Assembly: GCA_963786955.1 (NCBI GenBank)
Contig: CAWBAT010000005.1
Coordinates: 1,376,001 to 1,440,000 of the forward strand
Direction: 5' to 3'
DNA from: an uncultured Acidimicrobiia bacterium
GTDB taxonomy: Bacteria > Acidobacteriota > Terriglobia > Versatilivoradales > Versatilivoraceae
Length of the DNA stretch: 64,000 nt
Of this stretch, positions 63,042 through 64,000 are shown one piece after another; the stretch's first letter is position 1, and every line of letters starts with the position of its first letter. The translations under genes and the position numbers were made by a program. The notes under the pieces were generated by a model, which was not told the DNA's origin, did no database searches, and saw only the letters and a list, made by a program, of their open reading frames with translations.

Positions 63042-63476
63042 GCAAACTCTCCCTTTCTCCAGGCACGAGGGGCCGGCGAATTAGTCAGAATATGAATGGC
63101 TCTGAAGTGCGAGAACTGCGATTCATGGCTGACTCAAGAGCTAGCATGGGAATTGCGAGGTCTGTTGGCCCGCTCGTTCGGTGCTTGTTCGGTGAGGCGC
63201 TCCATCGCTGAGTCAATACCTGTGCGATCTGATTCGTCGAAGGCATGCTATCTTCAAGAGTAAAGTAGGGTAGGTTTATTACTTTAGAATTGCGTTAGTA
63301 GTTTTAACAAATTTGTAATTGCAAAGTATAATTCGGAAAATATGATGGTAATGGACATGCTGCCAGAAAGGAAAATAGAAAAGAGAGCTCTCAGATTGGA
63401 GAGATGATGCGACACTCATCTCGTTCCGATTTTACTATAATTATCTAGAGCCTAGTGTCGAGGGGATTATCCACGC

Positions 63477-63761
63477 CTAATATTTCCTGAGGAGGGCACG
63501 TCCTGGCTGAGCGAGTTCTCGTTGTCTCTTGCGCCGATCTTGAATCACCCCGTGCTCAAGGAGAACAACAACAATGCGGCCATACTTTTCGTCCAGGACG
63601 CGCATGATGTCGGCAATTGACAACTTGTGGTTAACGAAGAGATTGCAGATGGTCATTCTTCGTTTGGTGCTCGGATCCAATGAGAAACCATTCGGAGGCT
63701 GAGCGAAAGTGTTTCGCTTGACCTTGAACCCGTCCCTTTCCATCGCTTCGAACTGGGTCAT
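63477..63761 (-). CDS. Hypothetical protein
   Basis: Protein-like ORF starting 7 bp after the DUF2934 gene. Confidence 0.6.
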   Translation of the reverse strand: MTQFEAMERDGFKVKRNTFAQPPNGFSLDPSTKRRMTICNLFVNHKLSIADIMRVLDEKYGRIVVVLLEHGVIQDRRKRQRELAQPGRALLRKY

Positions 63762-63768
63762 GAGATTG

Positions 63769-63960
63769 TCATCCAGCGGCAGTAAGCGCAACCTCAACCT
63801 GATGGTCAAACTGGCTAAGAAATTCCTGCTCAGCTTGCAACCAATCCTGCATGTGAAAACCGTCTAAATACCCTCTTGTCTCATACAGTTGATAGGCGCG
63901 TTGGGCGATCAGCTCGTGGAATAAATCCTCGTTCAGCGATTCGTTTTCGAGTGGGCTCAT
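63769..63960 (-). CDS. DUF2934 domain protein
   Basis: IAQRAYQLYETRG..G...QDWLQAE motif. Confidence 0.85.
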   Translation of the reverse strand: MSPLENESLNEDLFHELIAQRAYQLYETRGYLDGFHMQDWLQAEQEFLSQFDHQVEVALTAAG

Positions 63961-64000
63961 TTCGATTCTCCCGCATAGGATCAACCTCCATCTTGTCTGG

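Noticed and set aside
1-64000. CRISPR array, tRNA or rRNA
   Set aside because: No regularly spaced repeat-spacer units or cloverleaf/rRNA signatures were seen; the periodicity at 120-1120 is coding NHL repeats.

Overview
Bacterial genomic window; gene content and repeats suggest Acidobacteriota (inference). 1-7.3 kb holds the 3' part of a giant teneurin-like NHL/YD-RHS polymorphic toxin, an array of small membrane-protein (putative immunity) genes and a decayed orphan toxin tip. A structured RNA candidate lies before uvrB. 8-36 kb is mostly housekeeping genes (uvrB, PPK2/pap, ACT-domain repressor, SYLF protein, aldolase/dehydrogenase pair, malQ, aas, dacB, HhH glycosylase, SpoIIE phosphatase) separated by several families of MITE/REP-like repeats. 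The standout is an intact, intron-less gene (19131-20297) for a mitochondrial-type pyruvate/branched-chain 2-oxoacid dehydrogenase kinase resembling plant/algal PDK, directly after a 2-oxoacid:ferredoxin oxidoreductase beta-subunit remnant. 36-63 kb looks like a phosphate-starvation region (pstSCAB-pstS, PhoX-like and propeller phosphatases, a PHP-GT4 plus six-hairpin glycosidase-like pair) with recurring 11-bp-phased PHO-box-like repeats. Many genes at 40.7-61 kb carry single-base frameshifts, probably sequencing errors. No rRNA, tRNA or CRISPR array was seen. Family assignments come from recognised motifs, not database searches.
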